Part shown: positions 50,119 to 59,716 of the stretch, piece after piece
Layout of the letters: every line of letters begins with the position of its first letter
Position numbering within the stretch: the first letter of the stretch is position 1
Source of the DNA: Bacteroidota bacterium
GTDB lineage: Bacteria; Bacteroidota; Bacteroidia; UBA4408
Length of the DNA: 64,000 nt
Assembly (NCBI GenBank): GCA_963169745.1
Contig: CAUJCU010000024.1
Coordinates: 80,842 to 144,841, forward strand
Direction of reading: 5' to 3'
The notes under the pieces: generated by a model
The model's database searches: none
The model's input: only the letters and a program-made list of their open reading frames with translations
What the model was told of the DNA's origin: nothing
Translations under genes and position numbers: made by a program

Positions 50119-51321
50119 ATGGATTCAAAATTTCAATCATTTATAAAGCATGAATTAGCACAGATTGAAGAGTCTGGCTTGTTTAAAAAGGAGCGTATCA
50201 TAAGCACCGAGCAGGGAGTTACGGTAAATGTAAAAGATGCCGATGGGAGCGAAAAAGAAGTTATTATCTTTTGTGCTAACAATTATTTAGGCTTGTCTTC
50301 ACATCCTAAAGTTATTGAAGCTGCTCACCAAACTTTAGATAAATTTGGGTACGGTATGAGTAGTGTGCGCTTTATATGTGGAACACAAACCATACATAAA
50401 GAGCTCGAACAAAAAATTGCCCAATTTGTAGGCCAAGAAGACAGTATTTTGTATGCTGCCTGCTTTGATGCCAACGGAGGCGTTTTTGAACCATTATTGG
50501 GCGAAGAAGATGCTATTATTTCGGATGCTCTTAATCATGCTTCTATAATTGACGGGGTTCGATTATGTAAGGCAGCACGCTACCGTTATAACAATTGTGA
50601 TATGGCTGATTTAGAGGAACAATTGAAACAAGCTCAAAAGCACCGTTTTCGACTTATTGTTACCGATGGTGTTTTTTCTATGGATGGTTTTGTGGCTCCT
50701 TTAGATAAAATTTGTGATTTAGCCGAAAAGTATGATGCCATGGTAATGGTTGATGAAAGCCATGCTAGTGGTTTTATTGGTAAAACAGGTCGAGGAACTA
50801 TAGAACTCAAAAACGTAATGCATCGGGTAAGTATAGTTACCGGAACGCTTGGGAAAGCATTGGGTGGTGCCATGGGAGGATTTACAGCCGGAAAAAAAGA
50901 AGTTATTGAAATGCTGCGCCAACGTTCTCGTCCCTATTTATTTAGCAATTCTTTAGCCCCTCATATAGTAGGAGCTTCAATTGCAGTGCTCGATATGTTG
51001 AGTCAAACAACCACCCTGCGTGATACCTTAGAGTGGAACGTAAATTACTTTAAAAAAGGATTAAAAGAAATCGGTCTTGAATTTAAGAATGGTGATTCTG
51101 CTATTGTTCCTGTAATGTTGTATGATGCTAAACTTGCTCAGGTTTTTGCATCAAAATTACTCCTAGAAGGAATTTATGTTATTGGATTTTTCTATCCAGT
51201 TGTACCCAAAGAACAAGCACGAATAAGAGTACAACTTTCGGCCGCACATACTCAAGAGCATTTAGACAAGGCACTAAAAGCTTTTGAAAAAGTTGGGAAA
51301 GAATTAGGGGTTATTAAATAA
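50119..51321 (+). CDS. kbl: glycine C-acetyltransferase (2-amino-3-ketobutyrate CoA ligase)
   Basis: near-colinear with E. coli Kbl ('[13 protein letters not shown]', '[15 protein letters not shown]', '[20 protein letters not shown]', '[23 protein letters not shown]'). Confidence 0.9.
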   Translation: MDSKFQSFIKHELAQIEESGLFKKERIISTEQGVTVNVKDADGSEKEVIIFCANNYLGLSSHPKVIEAAHQTLDKFGYGMSSVRFICGTQTIHKELEQKIAQFVGQEDSILYAACFDANGGVFEPLLGEEDAIISDALNHASIIDGVRLCKAARYRYNNCDMADLEEQLKQAQKHRFRLIVTDGVFSMDGFVAPLDKICDLAEKYDAMVMVDESHASGFIGKTGRGTIELKNVMHRVSIVTGTLGKALGGAMGGFTAGKKEVIEMLRQRSRPYLFSNSLAPHIVGASIAVLDMLSQTTTLRDTLEWNVNYFKKGLKEIGLEFKNGDSAIVPVMLYDAKLAQVFASKLLLEGIYVIGFFYPVVPKEQARIRVQLSAAHTQEHLDKALKAFEKVGKELGVIK

Positions 51322-51417
51322 TCGAAAAGTAATTTAGCAATTTTTTTGAGAGGGTGGTGATGTACTATAGTATTGCTACCTTTTTACTTTAAGGGAATAT
51401 AACCCAACAGAAAAGTA

Positions 51418-52311
51418 CTACATTTTTTGGGTAAAGTTGCTTTTAGTTAAGAGAAAATCTTTAACCGTTCTATTGAACTTTTGGGTTATAAGGTAATTCT
51501 TTTTCTCTACTAAAAATACAGCTCTTGTCATTCCACCGGTGTAAAATTTTTGAAAAATTGAAAAACCTATTAATCCTCCGGTAAAATAATATTGTTGCCA
51601 AATACAAACACCAGTAAAACCAAGTCCAACTAATTGAAGACCTACATTTAAAGCACCTTCCCAGAAATAACCCGCATATAATTGGCCCATTCCGGGTAAA
51701 AACATACTTAAGTTTTTTGCTTTTTCGGGGCTTTTAAGTTGCGGTACTTTTGATGCCTGGTACATGATTTCTATTTGCTTAAGCAAGCTTTCTTTTTGCA
51801 ATGAGTCGTGGATGCTATAAGTAATGTAATTTTTACAAGCTAATGCAGCCTCTTTATATTGATGTAGCTCGTTTAAAACCATTATATACAAGGGATACAT
51901 GGCGTAGGTTAAACTGCTGTCGCGAATAAAGGTTTTGGCCTGTAAAAGATGTGATTCGGCTTCGCTAAAGTCACCATTGAGATAAGAAGCTAAGGCAGAT
52001 TTATAACGTGCTTCACTACTGATAGAATCATTTAACCCGGAGTAAAATATACGCGACAGTACATTTGAGGACTGACTAAACTCTTTGCGTTCTAAATAAC
52101 AATCAGCCTTTTTTATTAAAGCTTTGCTACGTATAACATTATCTCCCGATAAATAAGCAATATAATCATACACAATACCAGCTTCCTGAAACTTATTATG
52201 AGCAAATAAGCTGTCTGCTTTTTGAAACAACAAAATTGTATTGTTGTCAGTTGCTGAAAATCCGCCTAAGCGGAATATGCAAATCAAGCATAATGTTATT
52301 ACGTATTTCAT
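51418..52311 (-). CDS. TPR-like protein with C-terminal membrane domain (DUF5683-like 'LPGxGQxYAG' motif); paralog of 52247-53179
   Basis: 297 aa; signal peptide; helical-repeat N-terminal region; C-terminus 'LSMFLPGMGQLYAGYFWEGALNVGLQLVGLGFTG'. Confidence 0.45.
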   Translation of the reverse strand: MKYVITLCLICIFRLGGFSATDNNTILLFQKADSLFAHNKFQEAGIVYDYIAYLSGDNVIRSKALIKKADCYLERKEFSQSSNVLSRIFYSGLNDSISSEARYKSALASYLNGDFSEAESHLLQAKTFIRDSSLTYAMYPLYIMVLNELHQYKEAALACKNYITYSIHDSLQKESLLKQIEIMYQASKVPQLKSPEKAKNLSMFLPGMGQLYAGYFWEGALNVGLQLVGLGFTGVCIWQQYYFTGGLIGFSIFQKFYTGGMTRAVFLVEKKNYLITQKFNRTVKDFLLTKSNFTQKM

Positions 52312-53179
52312 TATCTTTTAATTCATAAAATGTTTTTACACTAAGAGCACTCCCCCAAATCTGACCTAAATAAAAAAGACCAAATATACTGCTGGCTGCA
52401 ATAAACTGTGCGCTTTTAGGACCCGATCGGTAATAGCTTTCAATTGCTGAAGCTGCAAAAATAACACTTGGAACAGCTGCCGAAATAGCTTGCCCCCGAT
52501 AACCGGCATAAAACTTACCAGACCCCGGAATTACTGCCGACATAAGGCCTGCAAGTAAAGGGCTTTTCTTCTTGTTTTTCAATAATGCTGTTTTATACTG
52601 TAAAAGCTCTTGCGCTTCAGAAAAAAAAGTAAAATCCGTATAGCCAAATTTTTCTGATAGGTTATCAAACCGCATAAAATCTCTCTGCAAAAGCGCATTT
52701 GCCGCCTGTTGAAACAATCGAAGTTCTTCCCACCGATTGTCCTCAATTTCAATAGTATTTAATTTATGATCGGCTTCCTTATAACGATTTAAGTATATAT
52801 ATTCGAAAGCTTCATAAAACTTAGCTTTTAGATAAAAGCTTGACTGTTTAGAAACCCGTTGCATATAAAATATACTGCTGTCTAACTGTTTTATATTATA
52901 GTAAGCCCAGCCTATATAATAATTTATGCTATCATTCCATATAATTGGTGCATCTGAATTCCCTTTATACTGTTTTAATAGCAATAAAGCATCTTGATGT
53001 TCACCATAACTAATTAAAAAATCAATAAACGACAAGTCTATAGTTTCACGACTTCGAATGCTGTCGTTATTATTAAAGGAAAAAGCAGAATCGTATTGTA
53101 ATACAAGTGCAGTTACAATTAACATTAAAACATTTTTAACGCACCTCATGCTTGCATCTGTATTGTTCAATAGGATCAA
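52247..53179 (-). CDS. TPR-like protein with C-terminal membrane domain; paralog of 51418-52311
   Basis: 310 aa; C-terminus 'LLAGLMSAVIPGSGKFYAGYRGQAISAAVPSVIFAASAIESYY' is similar to the downstream gene; overlaps both neighbours. Confidence 0.45.
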   Translation of the reverse strand: MILLNNTDASMRCVKNVLMLIVTALVLQYDSAFSFNNNDSIRSRETIDLSFIDFLISYGEHQDALLLLKQYKGNSDAPIIWNDSINYYIGWAYYNIKQLDSSIFYMQRVSKQSSFYLKAKFYEAFEYIYLNRYKEADHKLNTIEIEDNRWEELRLFQQAANALLQRDFMRFDNLSEKFGYTDFTFFSEAQELLQYKTALLKNKKKSPLLAGLMSAVIPGSGKFYAGYRGQAISAAVPSVIFAASAIESYYRSGPKSAQFIAASSIFGLFYLGQIWGSALSVKTFYELKDNEIRNNIMLDLHIPLRRIFSN

Positions 53180-53588
53180 TAATTTTGTTGTTTTTATTCA
53201 GTTGAATCGGCTTCAAATCAATAACCGTAAATTGGGTACAACGGGTTAAACGATCGGCAGTAAGCGCAATACCCTTTATCAAACCATAATTCTGAATACA
53301 TTTTTTGCTGAAATTAGAGCATGTTATTTCATAAGGACAGTTAGCTGAAATTTGTTGTGATATTCCCTTTTGATAAACATACAACAAGCCCCCAAAAAGC
53401 AATGTAATGGGATTGTATTTGAGAATTATATTTTTTTTATCCTTAAACATATAACTAACTTTTCTGCTGTCATATTGAGACTTAACAAAGTTTTGTTCTT
53501 TTATCCAAAGTAACTCATGGTCGTTGTTTTGCGCTAACAACGGATGGGTAATTAAAAAGAGTAGAAATAGAATAGAAGTTATTCTCAA
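53136..53588 (-). CDS. YidD-like (haemolytic-domain) protein with N-terminal signal peptide
   Basis: 150 aa; 'LLYVYQKGISQQISANCPYEITCSNFSKKCIQNYGLIKGIALTADRLTRC' fits the YidD 'YQ..IS...CRFxPxCSxY...G..KG..L...RL.RC' pattern. Confidence 0.5.
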   Translation of the reverse strand: MRITSILFLLFLITHPLLAQNNDHELLWIKEQNFVKSQYDSRKVSYMFKDKKNIILKYNPITLLFGGLLYVYQKGISQQISANCPYEITCSNFSKKCIQNYGLIKGIALTADRLTRCTQFTVIDLKPIQLNKNNKIIDPIEQYRCKHEVR

Positions 53589-53594
53589 AGCTAT

Positions 53595-54344
53595 TTATTT
53601 AGGAGATTTATTGTTTGGCTTTACAATTTTGGCATTACTAGGTATCTTGTAATTCAAATAAAAGTCATTTACCTGCTCGTTTGTTTTTAAATTACTGTAT
53701 GTTCTTTTAGTAATTATCGAATCTCCCGGATTGATATATTCTAATTCAGTAATGGTTAAGGGCATCATAATAGCACCAACCTGCTGGTAATTGCTGTAGT
53801 ATGATTTATGGGCAGGTTTCCCATCTTCATTGTAAAAAGCCATATAAATAGGCAAGTAATTTTCGTGTACAATTTCTGCTTTGGTTGAGGTAGTTCCAAT
53901 ACTTCCTACCGGAACCCAAGTGGTAATAACCATCTTGTTCTCTATTCGTGTATTGAGGAGTTTATATCCTAATAATTTTAAGCCCATATCGCTTGTACTG
54001 CCCGATAAAAAGTTGTAAAACAAACTGTTTTTAGAGCTTAAATCAAGCCCCTGCATTAAAGTAACAGTATTGGTTTTAAAATCATAATCTTTATATTCTC
54101 CATTGTTGTTGGTAATAATTATTTTTTCTTGCGGACTGGTAAAATGCGTTACCATTAGAGCTCCGGTATTTCGGTAATATACTTCGCTTTTAAGACTTAC
54201 AGATTTTCCTTTATAAAGGGTTTTTGATAACAGATCTAAACTTATCTTATCGGTCTTTTGTTGCTTCGTTTCAAAAGAACTAAATAGTAGAAAAGCCCCA
54301 ATAAGTCCTATTTTTGTTATTTTTTTAAGATATAAGAAATTCAA
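53595..54344 (-). CDS. hypothetical periplasmic protein, possibly LolA-like lipoprotein-carrier fold
   Basis: 249 aa; signal peptide; predicted beta-rich; weak resemblance to the LolA/LppX fold family only. Confidence 0.3.
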   Translation of the reverse strand: MNFLYLKKITKIGLIGAFLLFSSFETKQQKTDKISLDLLSKTLYKGKSVSLKSEVYYRNTGALMVTHFTSPQEKIIITNNNGEYKDYDFKTNTVTLMQGLDLSSKNSLFYNFLSGSTSDMGLKLLGYKLLNTRIENKMVITTWVPVGSIGTTSTKAEIVHENYLPIYMAFYNEDGKPAHKSYYSNYQQVGAIMMPLTITELEYINPGDSIITKRTYSNLKTNEQVNDFYLNYKIPSNAKIVKPNNKSPK

Positions 54345-54364
54345 ATCAATATCAATTTTTGAAA

Positions 54365-55912
54365 TTAGTGTTTAAAATGCCTTACTCCGGTAAGCACCAT
54401 AGCTACCTTGTTTTCATTACAGTAATCAATAGATAAATTATCTTTAATGGAGCCTCCGGGTTGTACTACAGCGCTAATCCCTGCTTCGTGTGCTATTGCA
54501 ACACAATCAGGAAATGGGAAAAATGCATCAGATGCCATAACAGCACCTTGAGTGCTTAATTGAAATTCGGCTGCTTTATTTAAGGCATGCTTTAAAGCAT
54601 CAACGCGAGATGTCATTCCCACACCACTAGCTATTAATTGCTTGTTTTTAGCCAATACAATAGTGTTGCTTTTGCTGTGTTTTGCAATTTTTAATGCAAA
54701 TTCTAGATCACTTAACTGTGTATTCGATGGACATTTTTCTGTTACACAGGTCATGTTTTCTGCTTGTTCACAAACATTGTCACGATTTTGCTCTATCACT
54801 CCGTTTAGCAGTGTTCTGTAAGTAACCGAAGGAAACTCAAAGGAGTTTAATCGAAGCAATATCCTATTTGGTTTTTGTGAAAGCATCTCAAATGCTTCGT
54901 TCTCAAAATGAGGAGCAATGAGCACTTCAAAAAAGAGTTTATGCATATTTTGAGCTACCTTGTAGGTAATGGTGTCATTACAAACGATAACACCTCCAAA
55001 AGCTGAAACAGGATCTCCGGCTAAGGCTTTTTCCCACGCAGCACATAAATCTATATCACTGGCAGCTCCACATGCATTGTTGTGTTTTAAGATAGCAATG
55101 GTAGGGTCTTTAAATTCCTGAATTAATCCCAAAGCGGCATCAATGTCCAATAAATTATTATAGGATATTTCTTTGCCATATAACTTTTCAAAAACATGAT
55201 CTAATGTTCCAATAAAGCGCCCCTTCTGATGTGGATTTTCACCATATCTTAATGTGTAAACCGGCTCAGAGTTTTCACTGTAATTGAATAGGTCACTACT
55301 GTTATCATCACTCAGGTAGTTCGCAATAGCTTGATCGTATTGACTTGAAATGTGAAAGGCTTCTTTAGAAAATTTTTTCCGGGTTTGAATGTTGGTTGAA
55401 GCCTCTTGTTTTTCTAAAATATACAACAATTCCTTATATTGACTTCTGTTAGAAATTATTAATACATCATGATAGTTTTTCGCAGCAGCTCTAATAAGGG
55501 AAATTCCTCCTATATCTATTTTCTCTATGATGTCTTCATGACTGCTATGGCTCCTTACTGTTTCCTGAAACGGATATAAGTCAACTACAACTAAATCAAA
55601 CTTAGGAAATTTGTTTTTTTGTAAAGTTTCATTGTCATCCTCAACGTCCTGGCGCGCAAGAATACCCCCAAAAATTGCTGGATGTAATGTTTTTACTCGA
55701 CCGCCTAAAATAGAAGGAAACCCGGTTAACTTTTCTACAGCATGCGTACTTACCCCTAGTTGCTCAATAAAAGTTTGAGTACCTCCTGTGGTGTATATTT
55801 GAGCGTTAATTTTTTCCAGTTGCCTGATTACGGGTTCAAGATTTTCTTTATGAAATACAGAAATGAGAACGTTCTTAATGGTTCTTTTAGTGTGCATATT
55901 TTTTGAAATCAA
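54365..55912 (-). CDS. purH: bifunctional AICAR transformylase / IMP cyclohydrolase
   Basis: 515 aa; N-terminal MGS-like 'VLISVFHKENLEPVIRQLEKINAQIYTTGGT'; C-terminal AICARFT domain. Confidence 0.9.
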   Translation of the reverse strand: MISKNMHTKRTIKNVLISVFHKENLEPVIRQLEKINAQIYTTGGTQTFIEQLGVSTHAVEKLTGFPSILGGRVKTLHPAIFGGILARQDVEDDNETLQKNKFPKFDLVVVDLYPFQETVRSHSSHEDIIEKIDIGGISLIRAAAKNYHDVLIISNRSQYKELLYILEKQEASTNIQTRKKFSKEAFHISSQYDQAIANYLSDDNSSDLFNYSENSEPVYTLRYGENPHQKGRFIGTLDHVFEKLYGKEISYNNLLDIDAALGLIQEFKDPTIAILKHNNACGAASDIDLCAAWEKALAGDPVSAFGGVIVCNDTITYKVAQNMHKLFFEVLIAPHFENEAFEMLSQKPNRILLRLNSFEFPSVTYRTLLNGVIEQNRDNVCEQAENMTCVTEKCPSNTQLSDLEFALKIAKHSKSNTIVLAKNKQLIASGVGMTSRVDALKHALNKAAEFQLSTQGAVMASDAFFPFPDCVAIAHEAGISAVVQPGGSIKDNLSIDYCNENKVAMVLTGVRHFKH

Positions 55913-55984
55913 AACACAAAAGTATTCTTAATTAAGTACTTTGCTGACTTTATTAATGAATTTTAATAAATTTTTCGAAACAAA

Positions 55985-58900
55985 TTAAATCACATAATCT
56001 GGATTTTCTTTTGACTTCCGATAGGTATATCGGAATCCTAATATCAACAAATCATCTACCCGAACATGATCTCCTTTCCATTGTTCAAATATTTGACTGA
56101 TTTGCTCCTTTTGAATGATAAAGGATGTAGTAGATAAATTCAACAACATATTTTTGAAACGTTCCGATTTGAATTTCTTTCCATTTTCACCCCCAAATTG
56201 ATTTGAAAAACCATCGGTGCATAAATAAATAAAATCACCATGTTCTAATTGAAAGAGTTTATTTGTAAAGCGTTCATACACATTGTTACTTCCTGCCCCA
56301 ATTTTCATATTGTCTCCTTTCAGTTCAATTAAACGATTGTCCCTAATAATGTAAATTGGTATTCTTGCACAGGCATATTCCATTTCGTTTGTTTCAAAAT
56401 TAAATTTACAAATTGCACTTTCAATACTTTCGGCTTCAAAGTTATAATCGTGACTTATACGCAAGGTCTCTTTTATTCCTAGTTGTAACTCATCAAGAAT
56501 GTGAGACGGGCGGGTAATCCCTTTTAATTCTACCACATCGTTTAAAATAGTTAAACCAATAACACTCATTAGGGCTCCCGGAACCCCATGCCCTGAACAA
56601 TCGGCAACACCTAATACAGCATGTTTAGGTTTATCCTGAATGGTCTCTTGCCGCGAAAAAAAATAAAAGTCACCGCTCACTACCATTTTAGGGCAATAAA
56701 TAACAAATGTTTCAGGAAACAATTTATTTATTTCTCGAATTTCAGGAAGCATTGCTTGTTTTATTTTCTCCGAATAAATTACATTTTCATTGATATTATA
56801 AAGTGCTTCTTCTAATGCCTTACTTTTCTTTTCAACCAAATCCTTTTGTTCTATAACGTCTGCTGTACGTTTTTTTACCATTTCTTCTAATACAAGGTTA
56901 TTCCTGCGTAAATTTCGCTCTCGGTATTCGGTAAACACTTTTAAACCCAGTAAAAACAAAAGAATTATAGCTAAATAAAAAATTTTGCTTTCCCAAAGCG
57001 GTGAGCTGATAATAACTCTAAACGATTTTTCTTCTTGGGCTATTTTTCCGTTTGAGTCAGTTACTTGCAGCCTAAAAGTATATGTGCCGGGTGATACGTT
57101 TGAATAACTTACTTTATTTTGATAAGGCGAAATTGTCCAATCCTTGTCTAAGCCTTCTAATATATACTTGTACCTTGTTTTATCAGGATTCAAATAATTG
57201 GGCGATACAAATTCAATTGAAAAATAATTTTGATTGTAATTTAGTTTTATTTCTTTTTTATAATTAATAAGAGTATCTAACTTCAGTCTCTTGTCAAATA
57301 AATTAAAGGAACTTATATATAAAAAAGTATTTGGTTTTGCTTTACTTAAAAGCTGTTCAGGTCTAAAAACAACCATTCCATTTATCCCTCCAAAGTAAAT
57401 TGTTCCTGAGCTGTCAATAAAATAAGCTCCTTGGTTAAACTCATTAGCCGGAAGCCCATTGTTTTCATCAAAATTACGTAATGAGTTTTCTATTAATCTA
57501 TCTGCCTTCTTAGGTTGATTGAATAAAATTTCGGGGGGCAAAAGCTTAATGCTGTATAGCCCTTTGTTAGTACTAAACCAAAGGTTTTTTTGTTTATCTT
57601 CAACAATGCCGTAAACAATATCAATACTGCCACTGGGTAATTTATTGAAACTGTATATTTTGTTATCTCTTGGGCTTATAGCATTTATACCATGTTCAGT
57701 CCCAGCCCAAAGGGTTCCGTAACTATCTTCAATAAACGATACAACGATGTCACTAGATAAATGTGATGTTGTTTTTGAGGTTGTTGAATACCAGGCAAAT
57801 TGCTCACTGTTAATGTTTAAACAGTTCAGCCCATTATCTTGAAGTGCAATCCATAGGGTGCTTTCATCTGTAAAATGTAATGCTGTTATGGCATTTTGTG
57901 CAATTGAGTTAGGACGCGAACTACGTTTATATACCTTAGCAACTCCAGTTTTCCGATTCATTCTAATCAAGCCCTCATTATATGTCCCTATCCATACTTC
58001 ATCACCACTAAAAGCAATACATGAAACAGAAATGGCAGAAATACCCAAACTTTTCAAATTACGAATTTCAACTCGTGAAAAACTTTTCTTTTTTAAGTCA
58101 AAACGAAGTAAACCTTCCCCGTCTGTCCCCACCCATAAATTTCCATATGGATCAGGTTTAATAAAACTATAAAAAGCAACAGCACTTTGTTTGGTCCCTT
58201 TCTCAATAAAATCATAATTACTAATTTGATTTGTTTTTTGATTTATATAGCTAATCCCTGCTGATGTTCCTGCTAGAATAATATCTTTGTTGGCATAAAT
58301 ACTCCACACATCATTATTGGCAATACTTTGTTTATTAAAAAGACTTTTTTGGTAAATTGTAAAATTAGAAGCTCTAGGGTTAATACGATCTAAACCTCCT
58401 CCGTCTGTACAAACCCATATATTTCCATTTTTGTCTTCGTACAAATTATTTAAAAAATTATTACTTAAAGAATTTCGGTTATAGATATCATTTGTGAGGT
58501 GATCTATTTTGCACGTCTTATTATTGTATAAGTACAACCCTCCTCGGTATGTTGCTACCCACCAATTATTATTACGATCTATTAGGGCTGATTGAATTTG
58601 CTCTTTAGAATCCATCAATACTTTACTCAAGGCAGTACAAACATATTTATATGCCCCATTATTAATGTTGAAGCTCAAAAACAGGCCGTTGCTGGTTATT
58701 AAATAAATAGAATCAGTACTATTCGCATTGGGTCTTAAAGTTTGAAAACTTAACTCTGGAATTTTTTTGTAAATCTTACTTGCTAAAAGGGTGTTATTTA
58801 CTTTTTGATAATTGCTAATTGAGTAATATAGGCCAAATTGAGTAGCCATCCAAATTGTCTTGTTTTTATCTTCAAACATACTGGTTACCCGGTAGTAGTC

Positions 58901-59455
58901 GGGCAAACGATCTAATAAATCATATTTTAAAGGAGTAATATGCAATGTTTTTCGATCCAAAATAAAATACTGAAATTGGGAGTTAGAAAACCAAATATTA
59001 TGGTTGCTGTCCTCTATAATGCTACTTATTGATTGCAGGTTGTATAACTCTTTTTCCCAGTATAGCTTAGGCATTCGGGTAAATTTCATACTGCCTCTGT
59101 CTAGCACACATAAGCCTCCATTGTCGGTTCCAACCCAAATATTACCCTTGCTGTCTTCGCTTATACAATTGATAATATTTCCCGAAATACTTATTGAATC
59201 TTCAGGGGTGTATTTATAAACAATAAAATTATAACCGTCAAACTGATACAAACCATCTGATGTACCTACCCATATAATACCAAATTTATCTTGAAGCACA
59301 CAGTTTGAAGAACTTAGTGTTAACCCATCATTAGAGCCATAGTTCCGAATATTAAAATTACTTTCCGATAAGTTGTTAGTTTTCTCTTGAGCCATTGAGG
59401 TATAGCTCAAAATAACGATTATGAATATAAAATAACGATGTAAATAAGAATACAA
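55985..59455 (-). CDS. Reg_prop beta-propeller / Y_Y_Y sensor fused to SpoIIE-type PP2C serine phosphatase
   Basis: 1156 aa; signal peptide; repeated 'IW(V/I)GT..GL' two-component-regulator propeller repeats; Y_Y_Y-like 'YKYILEGLDKDWT'; TM 'IFYLAIILLFLLGL'; coiled coil; C-terminal PP2C 'GDFYFF...GVADCSGHGVPGALMS...CTDGFSNQFG...VDDLLILGFRY'. Confidence 0.8.
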   Translation of the reverse strand: MYSYLHRYFIFIIVILSYTSMAQEKTNNLSESNFNIRNYGSNDGLTLSSSNCVLQDKFGIIWVGTSDGLYQFDGYNFIVYKYTPEDSISISGNIINCISEDSKGNIWVGTDNGGLCVLDRGSMKFTRMPKLYWEKELYNLQSISSIIEDSNHNIWFSNSQFQYFILDRKTLHITPLKYDLLDRLPDYYRVTSMFEDKNKTIWMATQFGLYYSISNYQKVNNTLLASKIYKKIPELSFQTLRPNANSTDSIYLITSNGLFLSFNINNGAYKYVCTALSKVLMDSKEQIQSALIDRNNNWWVATYRGGLYLYNNKTCKIDHLTNDIYNRNSLSNNFLNNLYEDKNGNIWVCTDGGGLDRINPRASNFTIYQKSLFNKQSIANNDVWSIYANKDIILAGTSAGISYINQKTNQISNYDFIEKGTKQSAVAFYSFIKPDPYGNLWVGTDGEGLLRFDLKKKSFSRVEIRNLKSLGISAISVSCIAFSGDEVWIGTYNEGLIRMNRKTGVAKVYKRSSRPNSIAQNAITALHFTDESTLWIALQDNGLNCLNINSEQFAWYSTTSKTTSHLSSDIVVSFIEDSYGTLWAGTEHGINAISPRDNKIYSFNKLPSGSIDIVYGIVEDKQKNLWFSTNKGLYSIKLLPPEILFNQPKKADRLIENSLRNFDENNGLPANEFNQGAYFIDSSGTIYFGGINGMVVFRPEQLLSKAKPNTFLYISSFNLFDKRLKLDTLINYKKEIKLNYNQNYFSIEFVSPNYLNPDKTRYKYILEGLDKDWTISPYQNKVSYSNVSPGTYTFRLQVTDSNGKIAQEEKSFRVIISSPLWESKIFYLAIILLFLLGLKVFTEYRERNLRRNNLVLEEMVKKRTADVIEQKDLVEKKSKALEEALYNINENVIYSEKIKQAMLPEIREINKLFPETFVIYCPKMVVSGDFYFFSRQETIQDKPKHAVLGVADCSGHGVPGALMSVIGLTILNDVVELKGITRPSHILDELQLGIKETLRISHDYNFEAESIESAICKFNFETNEMEYACARIPIYIIRDNRLIELKGDNMKIGAGSNNVYERFTNKLFQLEHGDFIYLCTDGFSNQFGGENGKKFKSERFKNMLLNLSTTSFIIQKEQISQIFEQWKGDHVRVDDLLILGFRYTYRKSKENPDYVI

Positions 59456-59716
59456 CTTATAGTCTTTTGAATATGTTGCAATGTAGCTATTTTATGTGGA
59501 TTCAAAAAACAGTCCAATCAACAAAAAATAACGAATACTTTACTTTCTGATTTTATCACGCTATTAAACTGAAAAAAATGCAGATTGTTTTTTAAAATAA
59601 CGACATTTTTTCAGGAAATACAAGGTGTTTACGACATTCTTGCAGATATAATTATGAAAATTACTTTGGAAAGATTTTTGATAAAAAGGTAAACAAAATC
59701 TGTAAAACATTTCAAT

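Noticed and set aside
50119-51321. Possibility that the alpha-oxoamine synthase is a serine palmitoyltransferase (Bacteroidota sphingolipid pathway) paired with the SDR at 40196
   Set aside because: The protein is near-colinear with E. coli Kbl over its whole length, including Kbl-specific segments, and it is not adjacent to the SDR. It is called glycine C-acetyltransferase.
59456-59716. CIRCE heat-shock operator (TTAGCACTC-N9-GAGTGCTAA) upstream of clpB
   Set aside because: No match to the CIRCE consensus is present in the intergenic region. Only short direct repeats were found, and these are reported separately.
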